64,000 nt of DNA, from IMG/VR virus record IMGVR_UViG_3300009151_000035, positions 32,001-96,000 of that record. The stretch is one strand, 5' to 3'. How positions within the stretch are numbered: position 1 is the first letter of the stretch; every line of letters starts with the position of its first letter. The notes beneath the pieces were generated by a model that saw nothing but the letters and a program-made list of their open reading frames with translations, was not told the DNA's origin and did no database searches. Of this stretch, positions 36,701 through 46,293 are shown piece by piece. The position numbers and the translations under genes were made by a program. This DNA is from a virus.

Positions 36701-39700
36701 TTACTTTTACAACCAACGGCACTGGTAATGTTTACTCAGGTGCAAATGTATTGGTAACTGGATTGATTTCTGCAACTGGCAATATTACTGGTAACTTCTT
36801 TGTTGGTAATGGGTCGCAACTGACTGGCATTGCTTCAAGTTTTGGCAACGCCAACGTTGTGGCCAATTTGGCTGCACTAGGTTCAAACCCAATATCAACC
36901 ACAGGTAACATCACAGGTGGCAATCTAAATGCCGCAGGATTGAGTTTAAGTGCTAACGTGTTGTCGGCATTGAACTCAACCAGCAATATCACAACCACTG
37001 CTAATATTTCAAGTGGAAATTTGATAACTGGTGCCGGATCAGGCGGTAATGTAACAGGCGCCAATGTTATTTCAGCCACTACATTAAGTGCAAGCGGCAA
37101 TGTTACCGGTAACTACATCTTAGGTAATGGTGCTTTACTAACTGGTGTTATTACAAGTGTGGCCAATATCAATAGTGGAAATTCAAACGTCACAGTTGTT
37201 AGCTCTGGCGGCAACATTTCTATAGGCGTTGGCGGCACAAGTAATGTGGCAGTGTTTGCCACCACTGGTGAATACATCACTGGGTTGCTAAGTGCTAGTG
37301 GCAACATCACAGGCGGCAATTTGAATGCTGCTGGGTTGAGCCTGAGCTCCAATGTTGTGTCAGCACTGAATTCAACCAGTGCTATCACAACCACTGCTAA
37401 TATTTCAGGTGGTAATCTTATCACAGGATCAGGTTCAGGCGGTAATGTAACAGGTGCCAATGTTATTTCTGCCACTACATTAAGTGCAAGCGGTAACGTG
37501 AACACAGTGGGCATTGTGGGCACCGGTAACATATCAACAACTGGTAATGTCTCAGGTGGCAATCTAAATGCTGCAGGCTTGAGCCTGAGCTCAAACGTTG
37601 TATCTGCACTAAACTCAACCAGCAACATCACAACCAATGCTAATATTTCGGCAGGAACTCATACTGGTACTGCTGTAAGTGTAACTGGTGCAATCACCGG
37701 TGGCACAATCACTGGCTCAACCCTAAGTTCAACCGGTAACGTAAACACAGTGGGTATTGTGGGCACTGGTAATATATCAACCACAGGTAACATTTCAAGT
37801 GGTAATTTGTTGGCTGCTGGATTGAGTCTAAGCTCAAACGTTGTATCAGCTCTTAACTCAACAAGTGCTATCACCACAACTGCCAACATTTCAAGTGGTA
37901 ACTTGTTGGCTGCTGGATTGAGTCTAAGCTCAAACGTCTTATCAGCTCTTAACTCAACCGCCAACATTACCACAACTGCCAATGTCTCGGCAGCCACTCA
38001 CATTGGTACTGCTGTAAGTGTAACCGGTGCAATCACAGGAGCAACAATTACTGGCTCAACATTGAGCTCAACTGGTAACGTAAACACAGTGGGCATTGTG
38101 GGCACTGGTAACATATCAACAACTGGCAATATTGCCGGCAGCTTCTTTATTGGTAATGGGTCGCAACTGACTGGCATTGCTTCAAGTTATGGCAATGCCA
38201 ACGTGGTGGCCAATTTGGCTGCACTGGGTTCAAACCCAATATCAACCACTGGCAATATCACAGGCGGCAATTTGAATGCTGCTGGGTTGAGCCTGAGTTC
38301 AAATGTTGTGTCAGCACTGAATTCAACTAGCAATATCACCACAACTGCAAATATTTCAAGTGGAAATGTCATAACAGGATCAGGATCAGGTGGCAACTTA
38401 ACAGGTGCCAATGTTATTTCTGCCACTACATTAAGTGCAAGTGGTAACGTCACTGGCAATTATATTTTAGGCAATGGTGCTCTGCTTACAGGTGTGATTA
38501 CCTCAGTAGCAAATATCAACAGTGGAAATTCAAACGTCACTGTTGTGAGCGCAGGCGGAAATATTTCTATAGGTGTTGGCGGCACAAGCAATGTGGCTGT
38601 ATTTGCTACCACAGGTGAATACATTACCGGTTTATTGAGTGCAAGTGGCAACATCACAGGTGGCAATCTAAATGCCGCAGGCTTGAGCCTGAGCTCAAAC
38701 GTTGTGTCAGCACTTAACTCAACTGCTAATATCACAACCACTGCCAATGTCTCAGCAGGAACCCATATTGGTACTGCTGTGAGCGTATCTGGTGCAATCA
38801 CTGGTGGAACAATCACAGGATCAACCTTGAGTTCAACTGGTAATGTGAATACTGTGGGTATTGTTGGCACTGGTAACATATCAACAACTGGTAATGTCTC
38901 AGGTGGTAATATACTTGCTGCTGGATTGAGTTTAAGTTCAAATGTCTTATCAGCTCTTAACTCAACTGCCAACATTACCACAACTGCAAATATTTCAAGT
39001 GGTAATGTGATAACAGGATCAGGGTCAGGTGGCAACTTAACAGGCGCCAATGTTATTTCTGCCACTACATTAAGTGCAAGTGGTAACGTGAACACAGTGG
39101 GCATTGTGGGCACCGGTAACATATCAACAACTGGTAATGTCTCAGGTGGCAATTTAATTGGTGGAGCCGTAAGTGTAACTGGTGCAATCACAGGAGCAAC
39201 CATAACCGGTTCAACTCTAAGTTCAACTGGTAATGTGAACACCGTGGGCATTGTGGGCACCGGTAACATATCAACAACTGGCAATATTACTGGTAACTTC
39301 TTTGTTGGTAATGGGTCGCAACTGACTGGCATTGCTTCAAGTTATGGCAATGCCAACGTGGTGGCCAATTTGGCTGCACTGGGTTCAAACCCAATATCAA
39401 CCACAGGTAACATCACAAGTGGCAATCTATCAGCTGTGGGCAGAATACTAGTAGGTAGTGGAAATCTAGCAAGTCCAAGTTTTGGATTCTCAGCTGATGG
39501 AGCAACAGACACTGGATTTTATTGGATAAGTGATGGCGTTATAGGTGTAGCTACTAATGGCGCCGATCGTGGAAGATTCGCTGCTGACGGATTGAGCGTA
39601 ACTGGCATTGTGAGTGCAACTGGAAATGTAACCGGTTCAAACCTGTTGACCGGTGGTGCAGTAAGTGCCACAGGAAATGTAACCGGCGGCAACATTATTT

Positions 39701-41970
39701 CTAACACCGTGGTTGGCACAGCACTTACTTTGCGATCAACTGGTGCATTGAACTTGTCATCAACTGGTAACGTTGTATTTGCATCAAACGTGCAGATCAA
39801 CAATGTGGGCTACCCACAACAAGATGCTGATGCTGCTACCAAACTGTATGTTGACAATTTGGCAACAACTGGATTTGCTTTCCACTCACCAGTTACTGCT
39901 GCCACTGTGTCTAATCTGGCCACTGCCACAGGTGGTACAATTACCTACACACAACCCAATGGTGTGGCCAATGGTGTTGGTGCTGTACTGGCTACCACTG
40001 GGTCGTTCAACTTGATCGACACAGCCAACATTCAGACCATTGGTACTCGAGTGCTGATCAAGAATGAAGGCAATGGTGTATACAATGGTGTGTATACATG
40101 GGCCAATGCCACAGCTATTATTAGATCAACTGACACTGATGAATATGGACCAGACAGCACAGCAGCATTGAGTGTAAATGACTACTTCTTTGTGCAAAGT
40201 GGCAATGTGAATGCTGGATCAGCATATATTGTCAGTTCACCATCGGGCACCATTACATTTGGTACTTCAAATATTCAGTTCAGTCAATTCAGCAGCTCAC
40301 AAGTTTACAGTGCCGGCACTGGACTGACATTAAATGGTACCACGTTCAGTGTAAATGCAAGTCAAACACAAATTACATCAGTTGGAACCTTAGGCTCGTT
40401 AACAGTAACAGCCAACACAACCAGCGGCAACTTGCTCACAGGTGGATTGATTTCTGCTTCTGGCACCATAACAGGAACAACCATAACCGGTTCAACCCTA
40501 AGTTCAACCGGTAACGTAAACACAGTGGGTATTGTGGGCACTGGCAACATATCAACAACTGGCAACATTTCGGGTGGTAATTTAATAACTGGTGGTGGAT
40601 CAGGCGGCAGTTTAATTGGATTGAATTTGTTGTCAACTGTGACAGCAAGTGCCACAGGCAATGTGATTGGTGGTAACATTACCACTGCTGGACAATTGGT
40701 AAGTTCAATAGCCACAGGCACAGCACCTTTGGCTATTACCAGCACAACACTGGTGCCAAACTTGTATGTGGCTCGAGCCAATGTAAGCGACTGGGACGTT
40801 ATCAACACAGTCACAACAGGCACATACTATGTGATGATAGCCAATGCTGTGACTGGTAACATTCAAAATTCAGCCAACAGCGCAATTTCTGTCAACGTGG
40901 CTACTGGTGTTGTGACGGCCACTGGGTACTCAACATCCGGCACAGTCACAGCGGCCACTGTTAATGCTGCCGCAATTGGTAACTCGGGTGCCGCATTTAC
41001 TGGCGCAAGTTTGTCGGCTGCCACAATTGGTAATACCAGTGCTGTAGTTAACGGCGCTACAGTTTCTATCACAGGTACGGTAACAGCGGCCACAGTCAAC
41101 GCTGCTGCTATTGGTAACTCAGGTGCGGCATTTACAGGTGCAAGCATTAGTGCTGCTACAATTGGTAATACCAGTGCTGTACACAATGGTGCCACAGTAT
41201 CAATTACTGGTACAGTTACAGCGGCAACTGTCAACGCTGCCACAATTGGCAACTCAGGTGCTACCTTAACAGGTACATTACAAACTGCCTCACAAACTAA
41301 CATCACATCGGTTGGTACATTGACTGGTGGTACTTGGAATGCAACCAGCATCAGTACCACATACACTGATGCTAAGGTAACGTCAGTTGCTGGCCGTACT
41401 GGCGCAGTCACACTGGCACAAGCAGATATTTCAGGCTTGACCACTGGCAGCACTCCAACATTTGCTGGCTTGACTGTGGGCACTGGTACAATCACTGGTG
41501 GCAACATTGTAAACGGTAACGGTAACGGTATTGGTAACATTGGTAGCTCAACAGTGTACTTTAACACAGTGTTTGGTAAAGCAACCACTGCACAATACGC
41601 TGACTTGGCTGAAAATTATACTGCTGATGCTGCGTATGCACCGGGAACTATTTTGGTATTTGGTGGCGCACAAGAAGTCACAATTGCAACCGAAGTCAGC
41701 GATGCACGAGTAGCAGGCATTGTATCTACTAACCCGGCTCACTTGATGAATTCTACACTTGAATCAGAGTTTGTTGCTGCTGTTGCACTAACAGGTCGTG
41801 TGCCAACTAGTGTTGTGGGCACAGTACGCAAAGGCGACATGATGGTGTCAGCTGGCAATGGTGCTGCTCAAGCATGTGCCACACCTGCTATGGGCACTGT
41901 GATTGGTAAAGCCCTTGAAAACTTCAACGGCGAGTCAGGCGTTATTGAGATTGTTGTTGGTAGACTATAA
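33787..41970 (+). CDS. Giant (2727 aa) repetitive tail fibre/adhesin with C-terminal intramolecular-chaperone-like (peptidase G2/S74-type) domain
   Basis: Dozens of GNI(T/S)GGN / NLNAAGLSLSSNV repeats. C-terminal YADLAENY...GIVSTNPA..MN...VALTGRVP..V.G.V.KGD...IGKALE. Confidence 0.8.
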   Translation: MAIQLDGTTGISTTGNIVADGSLVVGSFNPSAINASGNVAGLNLNTNGNLSVGGNTIVAGDLTVVGNASLSGNIVGDKITNGTTSVEIQTPNGNANITIGGTSNIAVFATTGAYITGVISANGNITGGNILGGANVNATTHTGTTVSVSGNITGGNLNAAGLSLSSNVVSALISSSNITTTANISGNYILGNGSLLSGIDAASIQNGTSNVRVVSSGGNVAISIGGTNNIAVFATTGEYITGLLSASGNITGDNLNTGGLISSLGNITGGNLSGTSITGSVVSASGDIRGANLFTNGTISTSANVIARGLVNANANASVNFYNGGTYSANIILYQEGANGNVTVRVGESTLESPGIFGLFATGSIGATQNIISEANIVQFGNSSTWVLAKNVSSAGVVSASGNVIADNLNAAGLSLSSNIVSALNSTSNITTTANVNAGYFVGTFAGNISGNITAPGLNTQILFNDSGNAAGAAAFTFNKTSNTVSVIGNISSGNVATTTQISAGGNIIAANISTGGLISATGNITGGNVNTNRVTGTALTLISTGDLTLSTTGNINANNEYINNVPQPQQDGDAVNKLYVDNLVTTGFNFHQPVTAATYTTLATATGGSITYTQPNGVANGVGAKLTTTGSFNIIDTANIQTVGTRVLVKNEANAVYNGVYVWANATNIVRSTDTDQYGSDSAESFSINDYFFVQSGNVNAGSAYVVSAPAGTITFGTSNIEFSLFSSSQTYTANTSAGISLAGTVINALVDNVTTAFSSGNIVVKASAQLTTPNIGAATGTSLSATGNITGGNLSGTSIAGTLTTVSQTNITSVGTLGSLSVTANTTTGNLLTGGLISATGNISGNYLLGNGSQLTGIDATSIQNGTSNVRVASSGGNVTVGVGGTGNVVVFATTGEYVTGVLSASGNISGGNLNAAGLSLSSNVVSALNSTSAITTTANISAGNFIVTGIIVDTTGNLDLQTTATNGNITFTTNGTGNVYSGANVLVTGLISATGNITGNFFVGNGSQLTGIASSFGNANVVANLAALGSNPISTTGNITGGNLNAAGLSLSANVLSALNSTSNITTTANISSGNLITGAGSGGNVTGANVISATTLSASGNVTGNYILGNGALLTGVITSVANINSGNSNVTVVSSGGNISIGVGGTSNVAVFATTGEYITGLLSASGNITGGNLNAAGLSLSSNVVSALNSTSAITTTANISGGNLITGSGSGGNVTGANVISATTLSASGNVNTVGIVGTGNISTTGNVSGGNLNAAGLSLSSNVVSALNSTSNITTNANISAGTHTGTAVSVTGAITGGTITGSTLSSTGNVNTVGIVGTGNISTTGNISSGNLLAAGLSLSSNVVSALNSTSAITTTANISSGNLLAAGLSLSSNVLSALNSTANITTTANVSAATHIGTAVSVTGAITGATITGSTLSSTGNVNTVGIVGTGNISTTGNIAGSFFIGNGSQLTGIASSYGNANVVANLAALGSNPISTTGNITGGNLNAAGLSLSSNVVSALNSTSNITTTANISSGNVITGSGSGGNLTGANVISATTLSASGNVTGNYILGNGALLTGVITSVANINSGNSNVTVVSAGGNISIGVGGTSNVAVFATTGEYITGLLSASGNITGGNLNAAGLSLSSNVVSALNSTANITTTANVSAGTHIGTAVSVSGAITGGTITGSTLSSTGNVNTVGIVGTGNISTTGNVSGGNILAAGLSLSSNVLSALNSTANITTTANISSGNVITGSGSGGNLTGANVISATTLSASGNVNTVGIVGTGNISTTGNVSGGNLIGGAVSVTGAITGATITGSTLSSTGNVNTVGIVGTGNISTTGNITGNFFVGNGSQLTGIASSYGNANVVANLAALGSNPISTTGNITSGNLSAVGRILVGSGNLASPSFGFSADGATDTGFYWISDGVIGVATNGADRGRFAADGLSVTGIVSATGNVTGSNLLTGGAVSATGNVTGGNIISNTVVGTALTLRSTGALNLSSTGNVVFASNVQINNVGYPQQDADAATKLYVDNLATTGFAFHSPVTAATVSNLATATGGTITYTQPNGVANGVGAVLATTGSFNLIDTANIQTIGTRVLIKNEGNGVYNGVYTWANATAIIRSTDTDEYGPDSTAALSVNDYFFVQSGNVNAGSAYIVSSPSGTITFGTSNIQFSQFSSSQVYSAGTGLTLNGTTFSVNASQTQITSVGTLGSLTVTANTTSGNLLTGGLISASGTITGTTITGSTLSSTGNVNTVGIVGTGNISTTGNISGGNLITGGGSGGSLIGLNLLSTVTASATGNVIGGNITTAGQLVSSIATGTAPLAITSTTLVPNLYVARANVSDWDVINTVTTGTYYVMIANAVTGNIQNSANSAISVNVATGVVTATGYSTSGTVTAATVNAAAIGNSGAAFTGASLSAATIGNTSAVVNGATVSITGTVTAATVNAAAIGNSGAAFTGASISAATIGNTSAVHNGATVSITGTVTAATVNAATIGNSGATLTGTLQTASQTNITSVGTLTGGTWNATSISTTYTDAKVTSVAGRTGAVTLAQADISGLTTGSTPTFAGLTVGTGTITGGNIVNGNGNGIGNIGSSTVYFNTVFGKATTAQYADLAENYTADAAYAPGTILVFGGAQEVTIATEVSDARVAGIVSTNPAHLMNSTLESEFVAAVALTGRVPTSVVGTVRKGDMMVSAGNGAAQACATPAMGTVIGKALENFNGESGVIEIVVGRL
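36780..39420 (+). repeat. Nested near-identical internal DNA repeats within the giant fibre gene
   Basis: 38150-38249 is identical to 39305-39404 (100 nt), with a similar copy near 36800-36900. About 37460-37560 closely matches about 39050-39150. Confidence 0.85.
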
Positions 41971-42024
41971 TTTTTTTGAGACAAACCGTCACCACATGGT
42001 AATTACAACTGGATACAATTTAAA

Positions 42025-42717
42025 ATGGGAATGACACTTCTAGGTGGAGCAACAGGTATTGGTGGAATGACCATAACAAGTCCTGTCACAGTAAATTACA
42101 GTGTGGTGTTTGATGGCTCAGGAGATGCCATTACATTTGGTGCCAACTCAGCCAACTTGGCTGCAGGTGCCGGAGACTTCACCTGGGAAGCCTGGATTTA
42201 TTTTAACTCAGTGCCGTCAACAGAAATTGACTTGTTTGAATCACAAACAACTGGAGCATTTAGAGTTCTCAAACGCGGCTCCAGCTCGGGATTGAGTTTT
42301 GACTGGTTTGGTGGCACTTCTTATTTGATTCAAGCAGACGCAAGCATTACCACAGGTACCTGGCACTGGGTAGCAGTAAGCAGGACGTCGGGCACAATAA
42401 GTGCATACTACGATGGCACACGAGTCCTAAATCAAGCTATTGCAACCACTGGTGTTGCACCCGTTGCTTCTTATGGTGTAGGTGGTCGAAACAGTGGTGC
42501 CAACAGTCTCAACGGTTATATTTCAAACCTGCGCTTGGTCGTAGGCACAGGTCTTTATACAGGTGCCACGGTAAGTGTGCCCACCAGTCAAGCCACAGCA
42601 GTGTCGGGCACTCAGTTGTTGATCTGCCAGAGCGCCACACTCACAGACAACAGCGCCAACAACTACACAATTACTGCTGTGGGTAATGCCGCAGTCAGTA
42701 CTGTGACCCCATTCTAA
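42025..42717 (+). CDS. LamG/concanavalin-A-like lectin domain protein (virion associated)
   Basis: SVVFDGSGD, GDFTWEAWIY, WHWVAVSR, GYISNLRLV.G..LY. Confidence 0.85.
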   Translation: MGMTLLGGATGIGGMTITSPVTVNYSVVFDGSGDAITFGANSANLAAGAGDFTWEAWIYFNSVPSTEIDLFESQTTGAFRVLKRGSSSGLSFDWFGGTSYLIQADASITTGTWHWVAVSRTSGTISAYYDGTRVLNQAIATTGVAPVASYGVGGRNSGANSLNGYISNLRLVVGTGLYTGATVSVPTSQATAVSGTQLLICQSATLTDNSANNYTITAVGNAAVSTVTPF

Positions 42718-42722
42718 GACTG

Positions 42723-43202
42723 TTACTGCGATACTTCAACACTGCGTTCCACAGAAACCAGTTTTTGTTGAACAGCATCAATGTTCACAGTGTTCCACAA
42801 ACCAGGATGCATGGGCTTGGGCCATACTCCAGCTTGAATCCACGCATGTCCAATGTGTTCGTCATTCAGCACCGGCACAAATTCCGCATCCAACACACAT
42901 ACCCAAGTGTGATATTCAAAAACACCATCTGCTGATGTAAACTTTTCTAGCGGTACAAGTCTGTGATATTCTGGAAAATGACCCAGTTCCTCAATACATT
43001 CTCTTTCCATGCCACCCAACAGCGTTTCGCCAGATTCAACTTTACCTCCGGGCAGTCCCCAGGTTTCTGGATGTTTTGCATCGTTGCGCAAGAGATACAG
43101 GTAACGGCCTGTACTCCGGGATAAAAACCAAACACCCACAGCCTTTACAGTACTAGACTCCAGGCTCCAGGCGGGTAGACTCCTTGATAACTTTTTATCC
43201 AT
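42723..43202 (-). CDS. Nudix hydrolase (start codon uncertain)
   Basis: Nudix box WGLPGGKVESGETLLGGMERECIEELG, and LNDEH..HAW. Confidence 0.9.
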   Translation of the reverse strand: MDKKLSRSLPAWSLESSTVKAVGVWFLSRSTGRYLYLLRNDAKHPETWGLPGGKVESGETLLGGMERECIEELGHFPEYHRLVPLEKFTSADGVFEYHTWVCVLDAEFVPVLNDEHIGHAWIQAGVWPKPMHPGLWNTVNIDAVQQKLVSVERSVEVSQ

Positions 43203-44563
43203 TGTTCACCAGTCCATTCATATTGTGTACCAGTAGTTATGTTTGTAACATACTGAGCAGCAGTTTCGTCAGCACTCACAAACACCACACGCCAGCGTGT
43301 GCCGTTCCACTCAATGATGTCATTGGCATAGGCAATTAGTGGTTGACCACCTGTGCCATCCCAAGAATTAGGATTGTCCACATTGTCCCAGTTGCCAGTA
43401 TCTTCAGTTAGCAAATATCTAACGCCTGTAACAGGTGCAGGCAACCCGGCATTTGGTCCGCTCGCAAGAGGATTTATAATGGCGTCAATAGGTGCCAGTG
43501 TGTTCTGTGGTGCCGTATCTGAATCAGGAGTAAAAATTACCAGTCTATCATCGTCGGGGTTGATAATAATAGTTCCAATGATTGGGTTAGCAGTGTCTGG
43601 TGCCGCAATAGGTGGGCGGTTCAGTCTAATTTGGCTGATACCAGGGCGTAACACGCCATACGCTGAAATCACAGCAGGCCACAACAGCGGCGAGTCTGCC
43701 ACGATAGCAGTGGGATCTAAATCTTCATAACCGCCATTGGGCACAATTGTGGGATTGTACAACACTTGAATTTGATTGTCAATCACAACTAGTTTGTAGT
43801 TCCACGGTGTGAACATTTGTCTTGTGCCCAGCAATAAGTCATTGTTGGTAATAGCATCAGCAGCATCACCTTGTGCATCAAATATGCCGGCAATGATACG
43901 TTCCACCACGCCCAGCTTCTTGATCTTGGCCGGAGAGGAAATCCATATAGGCATGGAGAATTTGATGCTGGCAATGTCAATGGGATTTTCTGTGCCCTGC
44001 GGAATGACTCTTGAACTCCAGCTTAATGAATCCAAATACATCACACTCAAACTTGACCAGTCAATGTAGTTGTCTGTGCTTTGTAGTTCTAGCGAAGGAT
44101 TGAACAGGGTCAAAATTTGCTCGAATAACTGCAATTTCTGATTGGTGTTTGATGTCCAAATATCCAGTGTAATACTCAGTTTATATGGCACAGGCATCAG
44201 TCGTTCAATGGTAAATGCATTGCCTTGTGTGGTTTCGTATGTTTCTGTTTCTGTATCATAAGTGCGTTGACGCACACTAAATCTATCCACAAAGGTAGGA
44301 TCTTGTATTCTTGGACGATCATATTCAAGATTGTTGATGTAAAAGGTCATTAGCGGAGTTGATGGCAATGCACTGGCTGAGTTTTCTTGAATGATAGTTT
44401 GTGCATTACGACTGGCATCACCATACCGCACAGGCACACGCAACAGAGTGGCTTTGTTTACGCCATCAGTTTCGTTGCCGTACTCAATTTGGAACCCTGA
44501 AAAGATTCTGGTAAATTGCAGCAGGAACCTGCGTATTTGTGCGTCGTAAAAAAATTGTTGCAT
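43145..44563 (-). CDS. gp15: Tail sheath stabilizer / tail terminator, gp15-like, with C-terminal extension
   Basis: FFYD.QIRRF..QF..IFS, VPV.YG, MPVPY.L...L.IW..N..Q.LQ..EQIL..FNP. Confidence 0.8.
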   Translation of the reverse strand: MQQFFYDAQIRRFLLQFTRIFSGFQIEYGNETDGVNKATLLRVPVRYGDASRNAQTIIQENSASALPSTPLMTFYINNLEYDRPRIQDPTFVDRFSVRQRTYDTETETYETTQGNAFTIERLMPVPYKLSITLDIWTSNTNQKLQLFEQILTLFNPSLELQSTDNYIDWSSLSVMYLDSLSWSSRVIPQGTENPIDIASIKFSMPIWISSPAKIKKLGVVERIIAGIFDAQGDAADAITNNDLLLGTRQMFTPWNYKLVVIDNQIQVLYNPTIVPNGGYEDLDPTAIVADSPLLWPAVISAYGVLRPGISQIRLNRPPIAAPDTANPIIGTIIINPDDDRLVIFTPDSDTAPQNTLAPIDAIINPLASGPNAGLPAPVTGVRYLLTEDTGNWDNVDNPNSWDGTGGQPLIAYANDIIEWNGTRWRVVFVSADETAAQYVTNITTGTQYEWTGEQWIKSYQGVYPPGAWSLVL

Positions 44564-44565
44564 GT

Positions 44566-45924
44566 TTATCTTGAAAAAGGTGGTGGTGGGTTAGGTGGCA
44601 AGAAGCCACCTTGATCACCATTGTCTGCTCGGGGTTTGAGAGCCTGACTCAAACTTTGACGCTGTGGTATAGCACCCAAGTCAGTAGTATTGGTAGTGTA
44701 TGTATTGTTCACAAAGCCCGAGCGTTGAGTTTGATTGACGGGCCCATTGTCCAAATTGGTGCGTACTTTTTCTTCAATCTTGATCCACATGCGACCGTTG
44801 AAACGGAACAATCTATTAGGCTTATAATCTAATCTCAAACAGTAATCTCCGGCTACAGGGTCGGGAGGAAAACTCACACCCGGAGTAACAGGCAAGCCAT
44901 TAGGTGCTTTACCATCACCGGTGAGATATCCTGCGGTATAACCATCTGCTCTTGGGGTAACATTCATACCACCTTGTGTGCCATCTACTGTGGTGCCGCC
45001 CATGGTATACAAACTGGTTGGGTTAGCAGGTTGTCCATCTTCTGTTGTGGCCACAACATAAAACTTTTCAACGTCATATCCGCTGAGTGGAACTTCCACA
45101 TTGGCCTGAGCCAGTATGTCATCATTGATCTGTTGATCTTTGGGTCTGGTACTCTGCATGTCAGAGATTGTGGGCGGAGTATATGGAGCCCAAAACTCAG
45201 TGTTGGTAATGTCTGTGCCAGCAGGTGTATTTTTAATAGCACGATAATAAACATCGCCGTAGTTTACAATGCTGCCACCAGGATAGAAATCACCCGGATC
45301 CCAAATGTACTCGGCCACAAATGGCTTATCCAGTATGTTGTTGTATTCTTGTGCGTTGGTAAGTGGTGTGGCTTTGATACGCCATAAGTGTGGCAACCAA
45401 GTTTGACTGAATCCTTCTGACGCAAAGTTAGCATCCTGGATCACATAGTATCTGGGCAAGGCCAGTGGCAAGGCAGCGTTTAGGGGGTTGTAATCTTTCA
45501 AATTTGGCACTTCAATCACATCACCGTTCATGAGCTTGCGACCAAATGTGTCAATCATGTCGTTATAGTGAAAGGTCACAAACAGCGTGTCTGAGTTCAG
45601 AAACAATCCAAACTGGGTCAAGTCAAAGTCCACATCCTGCACACGATACACACCACGCATGACGTAGATGTCTGGATCATAGATTCTATCACGGTTTTCT
45701 AGCAACAGCAAGTCTTGAATATTCAAGGGACTTTGCGTGTCGTAAATGGGTTGAGTGACATCATAGTTGCCACTCAGTGCAGAGTCCTCACCACCAGTTT
45801 GTGGACCCATGTACTTGTGAACATAGATATCCAATCCGCCCACAGTGTACATTTCACTGATGGTACGGTCAAAAAATTGATAGTCTCGTGTGCGATTTGG
45901 GCGGTATAAACTTAGGCGTGGCAT
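44566..45924 (-). CDS. gp14: Neck protein, gp14-like
   Basis: Directly upstream of the gp15-like gene. LLLLENRDR.Y, DL.QFGLF...D..F..F, GDVIE.P motifs. Confidence 0.65.
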   Translation of the reverse strand: MPRLSLYRPNRTRDYQFFDRTISEMYTVGGLDIYVHKYMGPQTGGEDSALSGNYDVTQPIYDTQSPLNIQDLLLLENRDRIYDPDIYVMRGVYRVQDVDFDLTQFGLFLNSDTLFVTFHYNDMIDTFGRKLMNGDVIEVPNLKDYNPLNAALPLALPRYYVIQDANFASEGFSQTWLPHLWRIKATPLTNAQEYNNILDKPFVAEYIWDPGDFYPGGSIVNYGDVYYRAIKNTPAGTDITNTEFWAPYTPPTISDMQSTRPKDQQINDDILAQANVEVPLSGYDVEKFYVVATTEDGQPANPTSLYTMGGTTVDGTQGGMNVTPRADGYTAGYLTGDGKAPNGLPVTPGVSFPPDPVAGDYCLRLDYKPNRLFRFNGRMWIKIEEKVRTNLDNGPVNQTQRSGFVNNTYTTNTTDLGAIPQRQSLSQALKPRADNGDQGGFLPPNPPPPFSR

Positions 45925-45944
45925 AGTGTATATTTATGGGCAGG

Positions 45945-45973
45945 TTGACCAATAATTCACAACCTGTTATACT
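45945..45973 (+). promoter_or_regulatory. Sigma70-type early promoter
   Basis: TTGACC-N17-TATACT with extended -10 TG. ATG at 45980 lies at the expected start site. Confidence 0.75.
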
Positions 45974-45979
45974 TTGGGC

Positions 45980-46255
45980 ATGAAAGTAGTTAAACTCAAC
46001 CGCAGATTCCGCCAATACAAAAAACACGGGCATGTGATTGCTGTGCGATGTGATAGTTGGCTTGGGGAAGGCGTTCCTCTTGAAAAAATATGCGATACCA
46101 AACTGGGAGCCCGGGGTTTCATGCCCCACAATGACTGGCATGCATATTTTGGCAAGGCTAATGGGCACGGTCGTCGCCCGTTTTGGATCACATTCCGCCG
46201 GGAATCAGATCTTACTTTAGTACTACTTTCTGCCCAATTGACCAATAATGCCTAA
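45980..46255 (+). CDS. Hypothetical basic protein (probably leaderless, ATG 45980)
   Basis: ORF 45974..46255 of the track. The first ATG is 6 nt after the -10 box. Confidence 0.6.
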   Translation: MKVVKLNRRFRQYKKHGHVIAVRCDSWLGEGVPLEKICDTKLGARGFMPHNDWHAYFGKANGHGRRPFWITFRRESDLTLVLLSAQLTNNA

Positions 46256-46266
46256 CGTGCTATAAT
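46238..46266 (+). promoter_or_regulatory. Sigma70-type early promoter
   Basis: TTGACC-N17-TATAAT with extended -10 TG. Shares TTGACCAATAAT with the promoter at 45945. Confidence 0.8.
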
Positions 46267-46293
46267 ACACACTTGTTCACTACAGGAGCCTGT

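Noticed and set aside
36780-39420. Possible CRISPR array or DGR template/variable repeat
   Set aside because: The repeats are in-frame coding modules without unique spacers. Differences are mostly third-position rather than adenine-specific, and there is no cas or reverse transcriptase gene in the window.
28451-41742. Numerous long minus-strand ORFs (LPPVILP...) opposite the fibre genes
   Set aside because: These are antisense shadows caused by repetitive Gly/Asn/Thr codons, with no RBS, promoter or domain support.
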